Positions 1 to 11,779 of a stretch of DNA of 49,493 bases are shown piece after piece. A program made the position numbers and the translations under genes. Location of the stretch: positions 1 to 49,493 of the forward strand of contig JAUCBJ010000793.1 in the NCBI GenBank assembly GCA_032718475.1. The letters are read 5' to 3'. The notes under the pieces are model-generated. The model saw only the letters and a list, made by a program, of their open reading frames with translations, had not been told where the DNA came from and made no database searches. The stretch's first letter is position 1; every line of letters begins with the position of its first letter. Source of the DNA: Nemertoderma westbladi (lineage: Eukaryota > Animalia > Xenacoelomorpha).

Positions 1-1480
1 TCCAAGGTGTGTAAACCATTAGTTTTACTGACTGTGTGCACTTTGTTTTGCACGTCTGGGTGTATGTGCAAGATAACTCCCGTCTCCCAGTACTTTCTCT
101 TGACAATTGGCTCGGTTATCAATACGTAATCTCCCCTTTGGAGACTCCGAACCGTTTTGTACCACTTTGTTCTGGTGGATATGGTGGGAAGATAGTATTC
201 CCGCCAATATTCCCAGAATGTGTACGCGACTAATTGTGTCACTTTCCAGCTCTTACGACTATATAGGTCGGCACTAATGGGTTCTGATGCCGGCACAAGA
301 AATGCTGGACTCTGCATTAGCAAATGATTCGGCGTTAATGCAACACCGTCTGGCAACATAGCTATCGGTCTCGAGTTTAGGGTATGCTCGATTTCGATGA
401 AAGCTGTGACCAGTTCGTCGTCGGTAAGTTGTTTGTTTACAGGCAACGTCTTAGCAATGGCCTGCTTTACAGAGCGAACTAAACGCTCCCAACTTCCTCC
501 TCTCCAAGGACTTTCTGGAGTATTAAATCTCCATTCTATTCTTTGCGGCAAAAGTGCTGCAGAAATTTCTTTATTCTGCGCCGCCCTATGAGCCGCGTTT
601 AACTCGCTGTTCCCCCCGACAAAGTTTGTACCCTTATCAGAGTAGAACGCCTTTACTAGTCCTCTCCTGGCCATAAATCTCTTTAAGGCCAGGAGCAGAG
701 ATTTGGTCGACATGTCTGCCACACGCTCGATATGTATGGCTCTACTAGCCATGCATGTCAGTAGCAGGCCCCATCGCTTGTGGGTCAGCCGTCCACTCTT
801 TGCTTCAATCGGACCAAAACAGTCCACCCCTGTGTTTGTAAAGGGTGGGTCATATGCCTGCACTCTCGCTTCCGGGAGTTCAGCCATCTCCTGTTCCAAT
901 ACTCTGGCGTTCACTCTCTTGCAAACCAGACAGGCGTCATACATAGTGCCTGCTGCCCTGCTTGGCTGCAATAGAATGAATCGCTGTCTCGCTGCCGACA
1001 AACAGTGTAACTTTCCCGCGTGATGCAACCTCTTGTGTATATCCCATAGAATCGCTCTTTGCAATTCTATTGGGTGACTAGGGATTATCACTGGGAACCG
1101 AAACTGTGAGTTTATGTCGACAGTCTGGATTCTCGATCTATGACAAATCAAACCCTTATGGATTAATGGACTCCATTTTCTAAGGGGTTTATAGAGAACT
1201 GGTCGTTGAGCCGATAATAGATGGAATTCTTTGGGGAAGGCACACATTTGATAGTGCTTCAAATGCTTTAATTCCGCTTGATCAATCTCATCCTCTGTCA
1301 GAGGTTGTTTCAATTTCTGAATTCGCTCACTATTAGTGCTCGTTCGTTCTCCTAAATGTTCCGAATGTTTTATACAAAGGTACGAAATGTATCGGCTTAA
1401 CCACGCAGTTCTTTTACAAATTGTCAGCCAAGAGGCAGACGAATTTAGTAATTTGTCATAAATACTACATGGCTCTAATG
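1..1480 (-). pseudogene. BEL-A integrase region (HHCC zinc finger, DDE core, C-terminal domain), open to the window edge
   Basis: Manual translation gives IHKRLHHAG...CLVCK, PFTNTGVDCFGP, RAIHIE, RRG...FYSDKGTNFVGG and DYVLITEP...YWETG. Frameshifts occur near 1190-1230 and between about 1480 and 1600. Not in the ORF track because it runs off the edge. Confidence 0.9.
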
Positions 1481-1576
1481 CCAGCGACTGGTTGTCCGCT
1501 AACTAATGGAAGTTTCGAATCCAAACCCGCAGGTTTGGAAACCAAAGGCTCCATTTTGTCGGTCATTTTCTGTCCG

Positions 1577-3019
1577 TCACTTACCAACTTGTGACTCTGG
1601 TTTAGTCTGTAAGGGTGGTTTTATGTCATAACTTACCCTTCCGGACCTAGTAGTCACGTAAGTCTGTTGGTCTGACAGGTCTCCGGGCCGCTCCAATGAC
1701 TCTTCAGGCCGCTCCAATGACTCTTCAGGCCGCTCCAATGACTTGAGTTTGGCTTTAGACTTTGACTTAGAGACTTTCTCCACCTTGACTTCTGCATCTT
1801 CAGGCATCGGATTGGTCACTATCTTTAGTCGCTCTGGCCAATGTTCCTGTGTCCTCGTTAGAAAATCAGGTCCATGCAACCAAAACTCCTGCGACTCTTC
1901 CTGACAGAATTCCGCCGGCATTGCACCTCTCGAAGTTATGTCGGCCGGGTTTAACACTCCCGGACAATGTCTCCATTGTTCCTTCGTCGAAAAGTCGACG
2001 ATCTGAGCGCGTCTGTTGGCCACAAATGTCTTTAGTGCAATATTGTCGGCCGCAATGTATACTAACACTAAGGATGCGTCCGTCCAATAGAATAAGGTCA
2101 ATGTCGTGTCTAACTCCTCTGTTATCTGCTTACTTACCTCGACTGAAACTACGGCCGCCTGTAACTCTGCACGAGGGACAGTCATGTATTTGACCGGCAT
2201 TGTCTTTGATCTAGAAGTCACAAAAGCCGTCTCAAATTTGTCCTGACTCACCTCTCGGCGAAGGTAGGCTACCATACCAAAGCCGGTGTCACTTGCGTCA
2301 CTAAACAAGTGGAGTTCGAGATCAGCTGGGAATACCAGCTGATTCGGAAAGTAGGAACGGGGTACATCTATATTTTTCAATAGATGCAACTCGGCCTCCC
2401 ACTCTCTCCACTGCTTTGCATGTATAGGAGATATTGGTTCGTCCCACTCTAGGTCGGACAACCAAATTTTCCTCATGCACGCTCGTGCCTGTAATATTAC
2501 CGGACTGATAAAGTTCATCGGGTCAAATAGTCTACTTAAAGTCGATAAGCAAATTCTCTTTGTCAAAACTTTGTCTGGGCTACTGGGCTCAAATCTAACT
2601 CTTACCTGGAACTTATCCGTGTTCGGATTCCAAGCGAGTCCCAGTACTCGCGCCATGGGGATGGGTTCTACCCCCAATTCAATGTCTCCGCTCCCGCGAT
2701 CTTTCACCGGGAACGACTCTAATAGGGCCTCCGAGTTCGTAGTGAACTTGGTCAGAGGAAATCCCCCTGTAGCCAAGCACTCCTGCAGGCCGTGAGCCAC
2801 TTCTATGGCTTGTTCCGCTGTGTCCTTGGACACCAATCCGTCGTCCATATAGAAGTTTCTCAAGATGGACTCGATAACCTCTACTGGATACTTACCAATC
2901 TGGGCTGTTGCCGTTTTCTTTAAAACAAACAGCGTGCCATTTGGACTATCGCGGGCGCCAAATATCCTAACGTACATCTTGGTATGTAACCACTGGGCCG
3001 GATAAGTCTTCATTCTCAT
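1577..3019 (-). pseudogene. BEL-A pol segment: RT C-terminus and RNase H
   Basis: Motifs IFGARDSP, FYMDDGL, RVLGLAWNP, LFDPMNFISP, LFSDASDTGFG, WTDASLV and NPADITSRG. Joined to the upstream ORF by a frameshift near 2975-2985. Confidence 0.92.
1686..1742. repeat. 21-bp in-frame tandem repeat (about 3 copies, ESLERPE) in the RNase H-integrase linker
   Basis: GGCCGCTCCAATGACTCTTCA repeated. Confidence 0.9.
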
Positions 3020-5789
3020 ACCAGAGAAATCGAAGGCTATCCTGGTCTGCCTTACAGGCTCTTACCTGGTGGAACATCGCCTCGATGTCACAAGTAAATG
3101 CGAATCGCCGCTGTCTAAAACGCAACAGTATTCCTATCAAATAATTGTTCAGGTTGGGACCATCCATCAACTCTGAATTCAGGGACATACCTCTATAGAC
3201 TGCTGCGCAGTCGTTGACTACTCGGACTTTGTCAGGTTTGTCAGGGTGAGTCACATAGTGGTGTGGAAGGTAATAAGTCTGGTCTGTCACTAAGTCAGGG
3301 TCCTCTACCTTCCCAGCAAATCCCTTGGCAAAATAGTTGTTGATCTGGGCGCAATACTTCTCCCTAATGTCTGGATTCCTTAACAACCGAGCCCTTACTC
3401 CGTTCAATCTTTTCAAGGCTAAGCTGTAGTTGTTCTCCAACTTAGGTGGTTGTCGACGCCACAACATTCCAACTTCAAAATGTCCAGTCGGCAGCAGACG
3501 TATGGTGTCTTCCATCATCTCCAGCGACCGCTTCTCATCAGTGGACATGGCTAGGTCATATCCACCGGGTTCCATTGCGTCCCTATCCAGCCATTCGACG
3601 GTTCTGGCTCCTGTCTCGAGGTCCTGGCGTATCAATTCCTTCTGTAACTCCTCCTCACTGTATTGGAAAATGTCTAGGTCTCGATATTTAGCCACTTGAC
3701 CCTCCACTATGTCGGTATAAGTCAAAACGTTACTCAAATAGGTAGCGTGGGCCGCTGAACCAGACCCACGGGTCTGATAACAGTAGTCCTCGGGTTCACT
3801 ATCTGTCCGGTTGTTGTGAAGTGGTTCCGACAACCTAACATTATCGGGAATCAACTCCTCGTCCGACTCGCTAAAGTCACTATAGTGGTCAATACAGGTT
3901 CTCCTAAACTCGTCTATGTCTGGTGGTTCTACTAACGGTGGTTGAGTTATAGGCTGTAATTCGTCGTATCTGTCTATTGGCTTGTCGCCACCTGTAAACT
4001 CATAAGACATGGGTACTCTTGTATACCAACCTAATATAGTCCTATGGGCATGTGGTCCATTGACATGCGGCTCAGCTGGTCTCGTTTCCCATATTTGGTG
4101 TGCGATCAGCTGTTCTGCACCAATCAACATAGAAACATTCCTATAACCTACCTGATGTCTGGGTATTCTGAGCTTGTCAAAATACTCCTGTGCTATGGGA
4201 CTCATCGGCGGCACCTTACCTAACTGCCTGCCGAATCCCTTCATAGCTAGACACTTAAATCCGTCCAATGGCAAAGCTTTCCGTTCTTGTCGAGTATGTT
4301 GGTCTCTCGGAAGTAGGGAGTCTAGTTCTACCGAAATTCTGTGTCCCTTGAGGTCTCCTACCCCATGCATAGACTTCAACTCTATTTGGATCTCCTCGGC
4401 GTCCTGGAAGCTAGAAACGGCTCTCGCCACTTCCTCGTCGATATAAGATAATGTGGACGCAGTGTCCAACATCACATATATTCGCTTCGATCCCTTATCT
4501 CCAGTAAGTTTCACCGGAATCACGCTAAATATTTCCGACGTGGCCGATGATAAATACGTCCGCGCGCTGGTCGATGAACTATCCGCGGTGAAACCTTGGC
4601 AGGTCACCTCTCTCGCGCTCGACTCGCCATCCTCGTCCGACGAACCTGGTTGATAACCATCGTCCTGAATGCCGGTATACGTATTCCTTCTTATCGATAC
4701 GGGTTCTTTGCTCCCCTTCCTGTGAGGATTTCGCTGTAAGTAACGGTCCGTTGGGGTATGGAAATCCGCATGTAGCAACTTGTGATGTAGTCTGCCGCAT
4801 TCCATGCATCCGTCCTTGCTGTTCGGGCACTGCCGCCGTACATGGCCTGGCGCAAGACATGCCCAACAGGTGTCCAACGTCCGCACTTGAACTCTTCTCT
4901 GTTCCGAATTTAATTCTTTGAACCGTCTGCAACTATCTAACTTATGGTCGTCAGATCTTACCTCCTTTAGTAAACAGTATTGGCAACCTACAAATCCATC
5001 CGGCAACTCCTGTTGCTTTAACCTAGGTCTATCTAACCGCTCACCTGACCATACTCGCGAGTCTGATCTAAAGGCTGGGGTACTCGAATTATATCTGTCT
5101 ACTGAGTTAAATGTCACAGTGGTCCTGTCATCGTCAAAACTTACCATAGACTTACCGGTAACAGGTTTAGACTCTCTCATATTCTCTTCTGAGAAGTTTG
5201 ATTTCATCTCTGCTACTGCGTCTGTGGCTATCATGTCATGAATATGCTGAAGTGTCAATACTTTACCTTGGCCTTCCAACTTATTCTCTAATTTGTGCCA
5301 TTTCTGTCGGTAACGCATGTTTAGACGTCTTATTACGCTCTTTAAAACTTCGGCGTGATCACCATGATGAGGTAGATTCACCATCCTCAAGATGTCCAAT
5401 GCGTTCGAAATAGCGTTCGCTAAGTTCAACAGCTCTAACGGAGTTGTAATCCTTCCACCCTTACCCAAGTCTTCCACTATCGACTGTGCCATCTTGGTTT
5501 TATTCCCGTAGATGTCGCTAAGCGTCTTCATTGCTAACTCGAATGCTCTTTCATTGCCGACGAAGTTGTCAGCAATGGCTCTAGGTTCTCGATGGAGCAT
5601 TTGAAGCAAGTAGTTGAACTTCTCATTGGGAGTAAAGGTGCTGTTGGTTAGCTGTTCGTCGACATAGGTTTTGAATGTCCTCCAGTGCTTGTGGTTACCC
5701 ATAAACTTCTGGGGTTGTTGCGTCGGCAGTCCTTGCCTAGCAGCAAACTTACCTATATCCCTAAGGGTTGCGTCATTCCGGGTTAACAA
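2967..5789 (-). pseudogene. BEL-A Gag core, zinc knuckles, aspartic protease and RT N-terminus
   Basis: Gag core KFMGNHKHWRTF...EKFNYLLQML; knuckles CWACLAPGHVRRQC and CMECGRLHHKLLH; protease VMLDTAS; RT motifs YYLPHH, KVRVVNDCAA and CDIEAMFHQV. Confidence 0.93.
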
Positions 5790-5794
5790 ATGGT

Positions 5795-7285
5795 TTAGTT
5801 CCGCAGGGTTGTTAAGTCTGGTCCTTTCCCGGGGATTGAAACCTTGGTCCTTCTTTCCTTATAGTTTCGGGACTTCTGATGTCTCATGTCTTCCTCTTCA
5901 TCGCTTGATTCTGTGTCAGTCCTTAGCGCTCGCGTTGGTTTGCGCGCCGAGGCCCTGACCCAGGCGTCCTGTATAAACTTTTCTGCCGAATTTTCGAAAT
6001 CGGGATTATGGATAGTCGGGACAGGCGTCCTTACCTGAGGTCTATGTGGTATAGCTGCCTCCGATATACGTACTCGTTGACTAGGTTGGACTTTATCTGA
6101 CTCAGGCCTGCTAGGATTAGAATTACTTCTTACCTGGGCTGCTTCCTTTAACCGTCGGTTACTAAGCATGTCCGTTATAGGTTGGATGTGTGGCGATATA
6201 GCTTGCGCTAAACTAGCACTTAACTCATCCCTCGTAATAAATTCCTGGCTAGGGTTCTGTTGTATAGTCGGCTCTATCTGAGTAATCCGCTGTCTCTCAT
6301 ATGATCCCTCTTCTGGTTTAACCCGGAAGTTCTCCGTCGAACTGGGTCGGCGCTCCGTCCGCATATTCCAAACCCGCGGGTTCGGTTCGCCCAATACTCG
6401 TCCTGTCGGAGTTTCTCCTCTAAACTCTCCGTTCTCTTGTTCGGTATGTAGTGGTGCGGTGTTCTGATGACGTGGATCCTGTGCGATGGGTGAAGCACTA
6501 ATACCAACTGGTGTGCGATATGTAGAGAACGGTTTAGCGATCCGTGTACTCGTAATAGCTGGACCGGGTATAGGAATTCTGGTCGTCATCGACTCGCATA
6601 TAGTCGGAGTTCTCGCTTCCTGTTCGGCCTTCTGCAGTGCGAACAGTTCTCGCAACTCGGTACCTACACTCGCTCCACATTCTTTGATCATTCGCATCCC
6701 CTTCTCGGCAATTTCAATCGCCTTCCTGGTCCGTTCTTCGCTCTCTAAATTTAATCTCGCACTTTCCAACTGCGCCAGATTACGTTGTTCTTCTTCCCTC
6801 GCTCGTCTCGCTGCGCTCTCTTCTTCCACTCGCTCCTTTTCTTCATACAATGCGCGTCTTCTTTTCTCGATCTCGAGTTCGCGTTCCTTGCGTTCGCGTT
6901 CGAGTTGAAGCTCGCGTTCCTTCTGTTCACGTTCGAGTTTCTTGCGTTCGTGTTCGGCTTGGAGTTCGCGTTCTCTCTGTTCGCATTCAAGTTGGAGTTC
7001 GCGTTCTCTCTGTTCGCGTTCTCTCTGTTCGCGTTCAAGTTCCTTGCGCTCGCGCTCGGCTTGGAGTTCGCGTTCTTTCTGTTCGCGTTCCGTTCGCTCG
7101 CGCTTACTTATCTCTTCCAACTCTCGTAACTCCGCATCCAACTTACGTGTGCGCTCCCGTTCCTGCTCGGCCTCCTTCCGTGCTTCCGATGCACGCAAAA
7201 CTTCCGCCTGCTGTTCGTCTAGTCGGCGTCTTCTCTCTTCCGCCGAGTTATGAGAAACAAGGGATCTAGCACATATAACTTTCCC
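5795..7285 (-). CDS. BEL-A Gag N-terminal extension, part 2 (E/R/K coiled coil plus disordered region)
   Basis: In frame with 7286..8251 after a single TGA. Overlaps the Gag-core frame (-1) for about 55 nt around 5795-5850. Confidence 0.7.
   Translation of the reverse strand, partial: GKVICARSLVSHNSAEERRRRLDEQQAEVLRASEARKEAEQERERTRKLDAELRELEEISKRERTEREQKERELQAERERKELEREQREREQRERELQLECEQRERELQAEHERKKLEREQKERELQLERERKERELEIEKRRRALYEEKERVEEESAARRAREEEQRNLAQLESARLNLESEERTRKAIEIAEKGMRMIKECGASVGTELRELFALQKAEQEARTPTICESMTTRIPIPGPAITSTRIAKPFSTYRTPVGISASPIAQDPRHQNTAPLHTEQENGEFRGETPTGRVLGEPNPRVWNMRTERRPSSTENFRVKPEEGSYERQRITQIEPTIQQNPSQEFITRDELSASLAQAISPHIQPITDMLSNRRLKEAAQVRSNSNPSRPESDKVQPSQRVRISEAAIPHRPQVRTPVPTIHNPDFENSAEKFIQDAWVRASARKPTRALRTDTESSDEEEDMRHQKSRNYKERRTKVSIPGKGPDLTTLRN
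6870..7110 (-). repeat. Coding low-complexity repeat encoding an ERERELQ/EREQRE coiled coil
   Basis: Repeated GTTCGCGTTC(TCTCT) units on the plus strand. Confidence 0.85.
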
Positions 7286-8251
7286 TCACGCGTGACTAAC
7301 CTGGGAATCGCCACTGTCTCTAGATGCATTGTCGGGTGGAGTTAACGTTCTCTGTTGGATGTTCTCCATCGTCGGTAGCACCTGGCCCGGTACCACCACT
7401 CCACTCTGCATCAGCCAGCTAGTAACTTCCCTCTGATACCGGCGCTCTTCTTTATCTTGGATCTCTTCCCGCTCCACTAAGTCTCTCAACTCTGCGTCAC
7501 TCACCTGAGTCGCCTGCGCTTGTGATGCCCATAGCAGCCAGTTCTCCGTCCTAACTCGTCGAAATCGCTCCGATAACGCGTGGTGCTCTAACAAGGCTGC
7601 TAAAACCCTATCATAAACCCTCGTCGCCACGTCGCTCGACTGAGACTCCACTGCTCTCTTTGCTAGGACTGCAAGCTCCTCCGTCTGCTTGAATAACGCT
7701 GAGTTATATCCCCTTCTAATCTCTAGTAACCCTTCCCTTCCGATGTTCGCTGAGTCGGCTAACATCTTCCTTACCTTGTCCGTCGTCCGAGTTATATGTC
7801 CGGCGTGCGCGCGAAGTTTCTTCTTTATCGCGATGTCAAGTTCTCTCTCGCTTACCTGACTTACACTTGGTGGACTTGAAGGATTATTTTGGGAACTACG
7901 GGTACTCCTTACAGCCACTGGGACCACGGCACTTACCATACCCACAGGTCTGGAAACCGGGCTCCGGACTCTCGCTTCTGCTACACTAACCTCCCTATCA
8001 CTCACCTCTGTCCGGGCTGCTGTGCAGTCCTTCCTTACAGTAGTGGTAGGGGATCCTAATACTATTACTTGAGGTTGTTGTTCTTCCTCACTAGTCACTG
8101 TCTCGTCCTCCTGTTCACTTACGTCAGCGTCGCTCGCTGCGTCGTCATAGTCGGCATTGTCGTCAACAGTAATATTAACGCTATCGTCAGTCGGCGGTCC
8201 AGCCGCCGTCTCATAGCTGTCCTCTAGTGCCTCTTTGTCTGAGACACTCAT
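7286..8251 (-). CDS. BEL-A Gag N-terminal extension, part 1 (321 aa; acidic N-terminus then helical region)
   Basis: ATG at the boundary between the AT-rich leader and GC-richer coding DNA. KKKLRAHAGHITRT resembles the helical N-terminus of BEL Gag. Confidence 0.7.
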   Translation of the reverse strand: MSVSDKEALEDSYETAAGPPTDDSVNITVDDNADYDDAASDADVSEQEDETVTSEEEQQPQVIVLGSPTTTVRKDCTAARTEVSDREVSVAEARVRSPVSRPVGMVSAVVPVAVRSTRSSQNNPSSPPSVSQVSERELDIAIKKKLRAHAGHITRTTDKVRKMLADSANIGREGLLEIRRGYNSALFKQTEELAVLAKRAVESQSSDVATRVYDRVLAALLEHHALSERFRRVRTENWLLWASQAQATQVSDAELRDLVEREEIQDKEERRYQREVTSWLMQSGVVVPGQVLPTMENIQQRTLTPPDNASRDSGDSQVSHA

Positions 8252-9089
8252 AGTCTAAATAATGTTTTGCCTTCCGGCAAAAATCTCGCAAAATTTCGAG
8301 ATATAAAATTATAATTTAACCGAAAATATGGTCAAATTATTTGTCTAATAATTAGTTGGTCCAAAATGTCAAAATAAATTCGCAATGCAATATTGTGAAT
8401 TTAATAGGGTATAGTTATAGCAAATACTAGCACAATATTTAAACAAAATTATTATTATATAGCTATTATATAGCAATTAAATACCGGTATGACACAAAAT
8501 AATTTCTGAATCTAATACAAAATATTCAGAATGAATTTGCCACCCAAATAATTCCAATTTTGCATATATAGCTCTAATCAACGTAATTTTAATTTCAAAT
8601 ATTATATGTATCCACTAGCGCGTGGCTACATCTTCGGGTTGCGACTCTTTCTAACTTGAGCGATTCAAAAAACCATGGCCGGCTAAACCTAACTAACCTA
8701 ACTAATAAATTGAGTTCAGCTTCGCAGTTAAACAACCGGTAATTTTTTACTGCTTCCACAAACACAATGGTGCCAACAGAACAACTAACCTTGTTTGCTG
8801 TGAGATTCCACGTCCGCGTCCAAAGTTTCAGGCTCTTCGCTGATTGCAAACCGAACCCGCAGACCCACACAAACCCCAAACTCAGAAGTTCCGTCTTGCC
8901 ATGTATCTCCAGATGGTATAAAATAACAAAGCGGTTACCTAACATACCGGTACAAAACTCTAGAATTTACAAATAATTTTGACCGAAACTGAATTCTCGC
9001 AAACCTAGCTAAAATTTTCAAAAAACTTACTAATTACAATTCGCCCTAAGGCCCAAGGAACTGCTGTATTCGCAATTAGTAAAACGCAC

Positions 9090-9510
9090 TACCGTACATC
9101 CACTGTATGCAGTACAGTAAGTAAACAGTACACCAACCTAACAGCCTAATGATATTGTGTGTGGTACGGCAAACAAATGTCCTTTCTACCGTACGCAGTA
9201 ACAGCAATCAGCCTAATGTACTACTGTACTATTGTAGGCGACCAGTGAATACAGTAATCTAAACTAACAGCCTAAGAATACACTCAATGTTCTACTGTAC
9301 GCTGTAGGCCTACAGCAGACAATATTGCGTGCTTTACTGTTAAAGCAGTCAAGCAATCTAAAGTAACAGTAGTCTAAACTAACAGCCTAAAGAATACACT
9401 CGTCTTACCGTACGCAGTACAGTACCTAATACAGTAATCTAATTCGTACTTTCTGACTTTACTGTACGCAGTACAGTAAAACAAAACGTGCTTTACTGTT
9501 AAACTAGCGC
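9090..9510. repeat. Degenerate repeat and hairpin array in the BEL-A leader
   Basis: AC(C/T)GTA(C/T)GCAGTACAG-like motif about 5 times, interspersed with CAGCCTAA motifs. Perfect hairpin TTTACTGTAC-GCA-GTACAGTAAA at 9458-9480. Confidence 0.7.
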
Positions 9511-10999
9511 GTCACCTATACTAACAGCAGAACTGTTGAACAGACAAATACCCGTATACTTCTCTGCCAACCTAATGAGTTCCCGCCTAACCAATAAGGC
9601 ACCAAGACTGCTCTACTGTTAAATAAAGGTGATCAGGAGCGTGCTATTACTAAATTGTAGGGCTGCTAAATACAAAACTGCTACTTACCGTTGGATGGCG
9701 CTAATCTGCCGTCCGCTAATATATTTTACTAAATTTACATGGCTCCTGCAAATTCGCTTGTTCCTTTCTCTACCGATCGCTCGACAGAGAGCTAACTGTT
9801 CGAATCTATGAGCCACGCGGGAATAACCAAAACAATAAACCCTAGTCGGCTCCCTAAGCTTACTTAAGACGAGTGTGAGAGGCTCTACACTCAGAGTATA
9901 TTCTTACGCCTAATTTTACTACTGTTGAAGTACGCCAATGCCTATGTCTTTTCTAATCACGAGTACAGAATGTGTGAATGCGAGAATATTTAAAATAATC
10001 AAATGATGGTACAGTACGATGTCTTTCGTGGGTAATACCGCTCCGGGTCTAAACTTGCCTGCGGCTGGCTTTAGGCCAGCAATTTACTAATGCGTGTTGC
10101 GTATTGAATACTGCGATCTAGCTTATTGCCCGCTAATTCAAATAACCGCTCAGCGTGAATAGTTTACGGTACTCTAAATTATTACCTTACTCTCCGCTAT
10201 GCTGCGTACTAATTCTTAATTTTACTAATTAATTACAGTCACAAATATGTAACAGCGTACTAATTACTAAGAGTTCCAGAATGCGTAATTCTAATTTATT
10301 ACACAACAGGTTTCACTAGTAACAGCATAAAATACTGTATTACTTTGACCTAATCAGTAATCATTTATTGTAAACTAAAAATAGAAATTAATCAAAGAGA
10401 AAAGGGGCGCCTACCTAAGCATTCGTAATCATAGGCACACTTCAGTAACACACCAATCAGCGTCAGCAATCACAGATCACAATAGTACAACTTGCAATTA
10501 TACAATCCGCAATTATATAATTCGCCATGCAACTCGCTATTGTAAAGCACGCAGGCCTCTCCCGGGTACATCTAAGGCTTCCTAACTAACCCAATTCCTG
10601 CCCCCTTAATACTACAAAATAGAGACAAAATCTGGATCATCAGCCCCCTAATTGCCGTACCAGCACATGGTCTGCCCGCTACAACGCAAGTTGCCCGACC
10701 GCAACGGTGACCCCCCGCCAGCGTTGCCCGCCTTTGAATCCTCCGCACTCCCTTAGTCGCTAAACCCCCCGATGCGCCCACCGCCTACCGGTACCTTAGC
10801 CCTCCATCAAGATGAATAGCTACCGTAACGGCGCATGCAAATCACAAGTCTGCCAGTCTCAGAAAATCCCGTAGGATTATTGCGTCGAAATGAATTACAT
10901 AGAACCATTAACAAAAGAGGTAGAAATCATAGTTCCGATTGTAATTAGCAGTAATCGTTGGGATTGATTGAGAAACACAAGTGAGAATAGTAGCACTAA

Positions 11000-11779
11000 C
11001 GAATCATTCCAAGAAATTAATTGAAAAGGTAGAATGCAGAAAATACACACAAATTATACTCCTAAACTTAATGGCACTAAATATGTCTGAGTGAGTTGCT
11101 GCTGTGAGAAAGAGAGAGAGAGATATATATATATATCGCTCTACTGGCAAACCGCCAATTTATAGGTGATCCGAGAAGGGTGATGCAATCGCTCTCTCAT
11201 TGGCTCTCCAATCTGCGCTAGCATTAGACCAACCTGGAAGCAGTTAGTCCAATAAGAAAGCCGGATTGTGGCCCTATTGCTCCCCAAACCCACAAAACGT
11301 CACCATATAAGGTAATTTTGCCGATGCTTAATTTAGCGGTACTAATAACATGATGCACAAAAGTTAATTTAGCGCGATTATAAAGAAATCAGACCCGTGA
11401 TAGCTAGCCCATCAAGGCTAATAACAGCAAGCCCGAAATCCAGGGTCCAACTGAACTTGCTACCCTGGAACTATCTACTTATATCATATTACAAAATTAC
11501 ATAGGTAGGGCTACATACTATACAAAATGGATGAGTTCAAAATATATGGGCGTTTCAATTTCCTTATCTAAATGTCACTGCGCTATTATGTCTTATCTAA
11601 AATATTATACTGCATAACGGACTAATATTGCGTACAGTATAACGGACTAATATATTATACTGTATAATGAACCAATATATTATACTGTATAATGGCTAAT
11701 AATGTGTACTGCATAATAACTAATATCGTGTATACAGTACAAGGCTAACAATGTGGATACAGCGCCATATACCGTAACA
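11000..11779 (-). repeat. BEL-A 5' LTR (inner boundary not determined)
   Basis: TG start at 11779. Degenerate tandem repeats of about 25 bp at 11600-11760, CCAAT motifs, and CCTATAAAT near 11165 on the minus strand followed by an (AT)n(CT)n tract. No PBS identified. Confidence 0.55.

Larger units (their letters stand above)
1..11779 (-). mobile_element. Large BEL/Pao LTR retrotransposon (BEL-A), 3' end beyond the left edge, ORF disrupted
   Basis: Minus-strand domain order is Gag-CCHC, protease, RT, RNase H, integrase, with BEL/Pao motifs. The outer end TGTTACGG at 11779 sits where homology with the uninterrupted paralogous locus (about 32110 onward) begins. ACATA at 11780-11784 is a candidate 5-bp TSD half. 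Confidence 0.93.

Noticed and set aside
6486-7269. Several plus-strand and alternative-frame ORFs
   Set aside because: Shadows of the repetitive coiled-coil coding sequence.
10521-10535. BEL-A PBS candidate TGGCGAAT
   Set aside because: Match to a tRNA 3' end is too short and the adjacent LTR terminus does not mirror TGTTAC.
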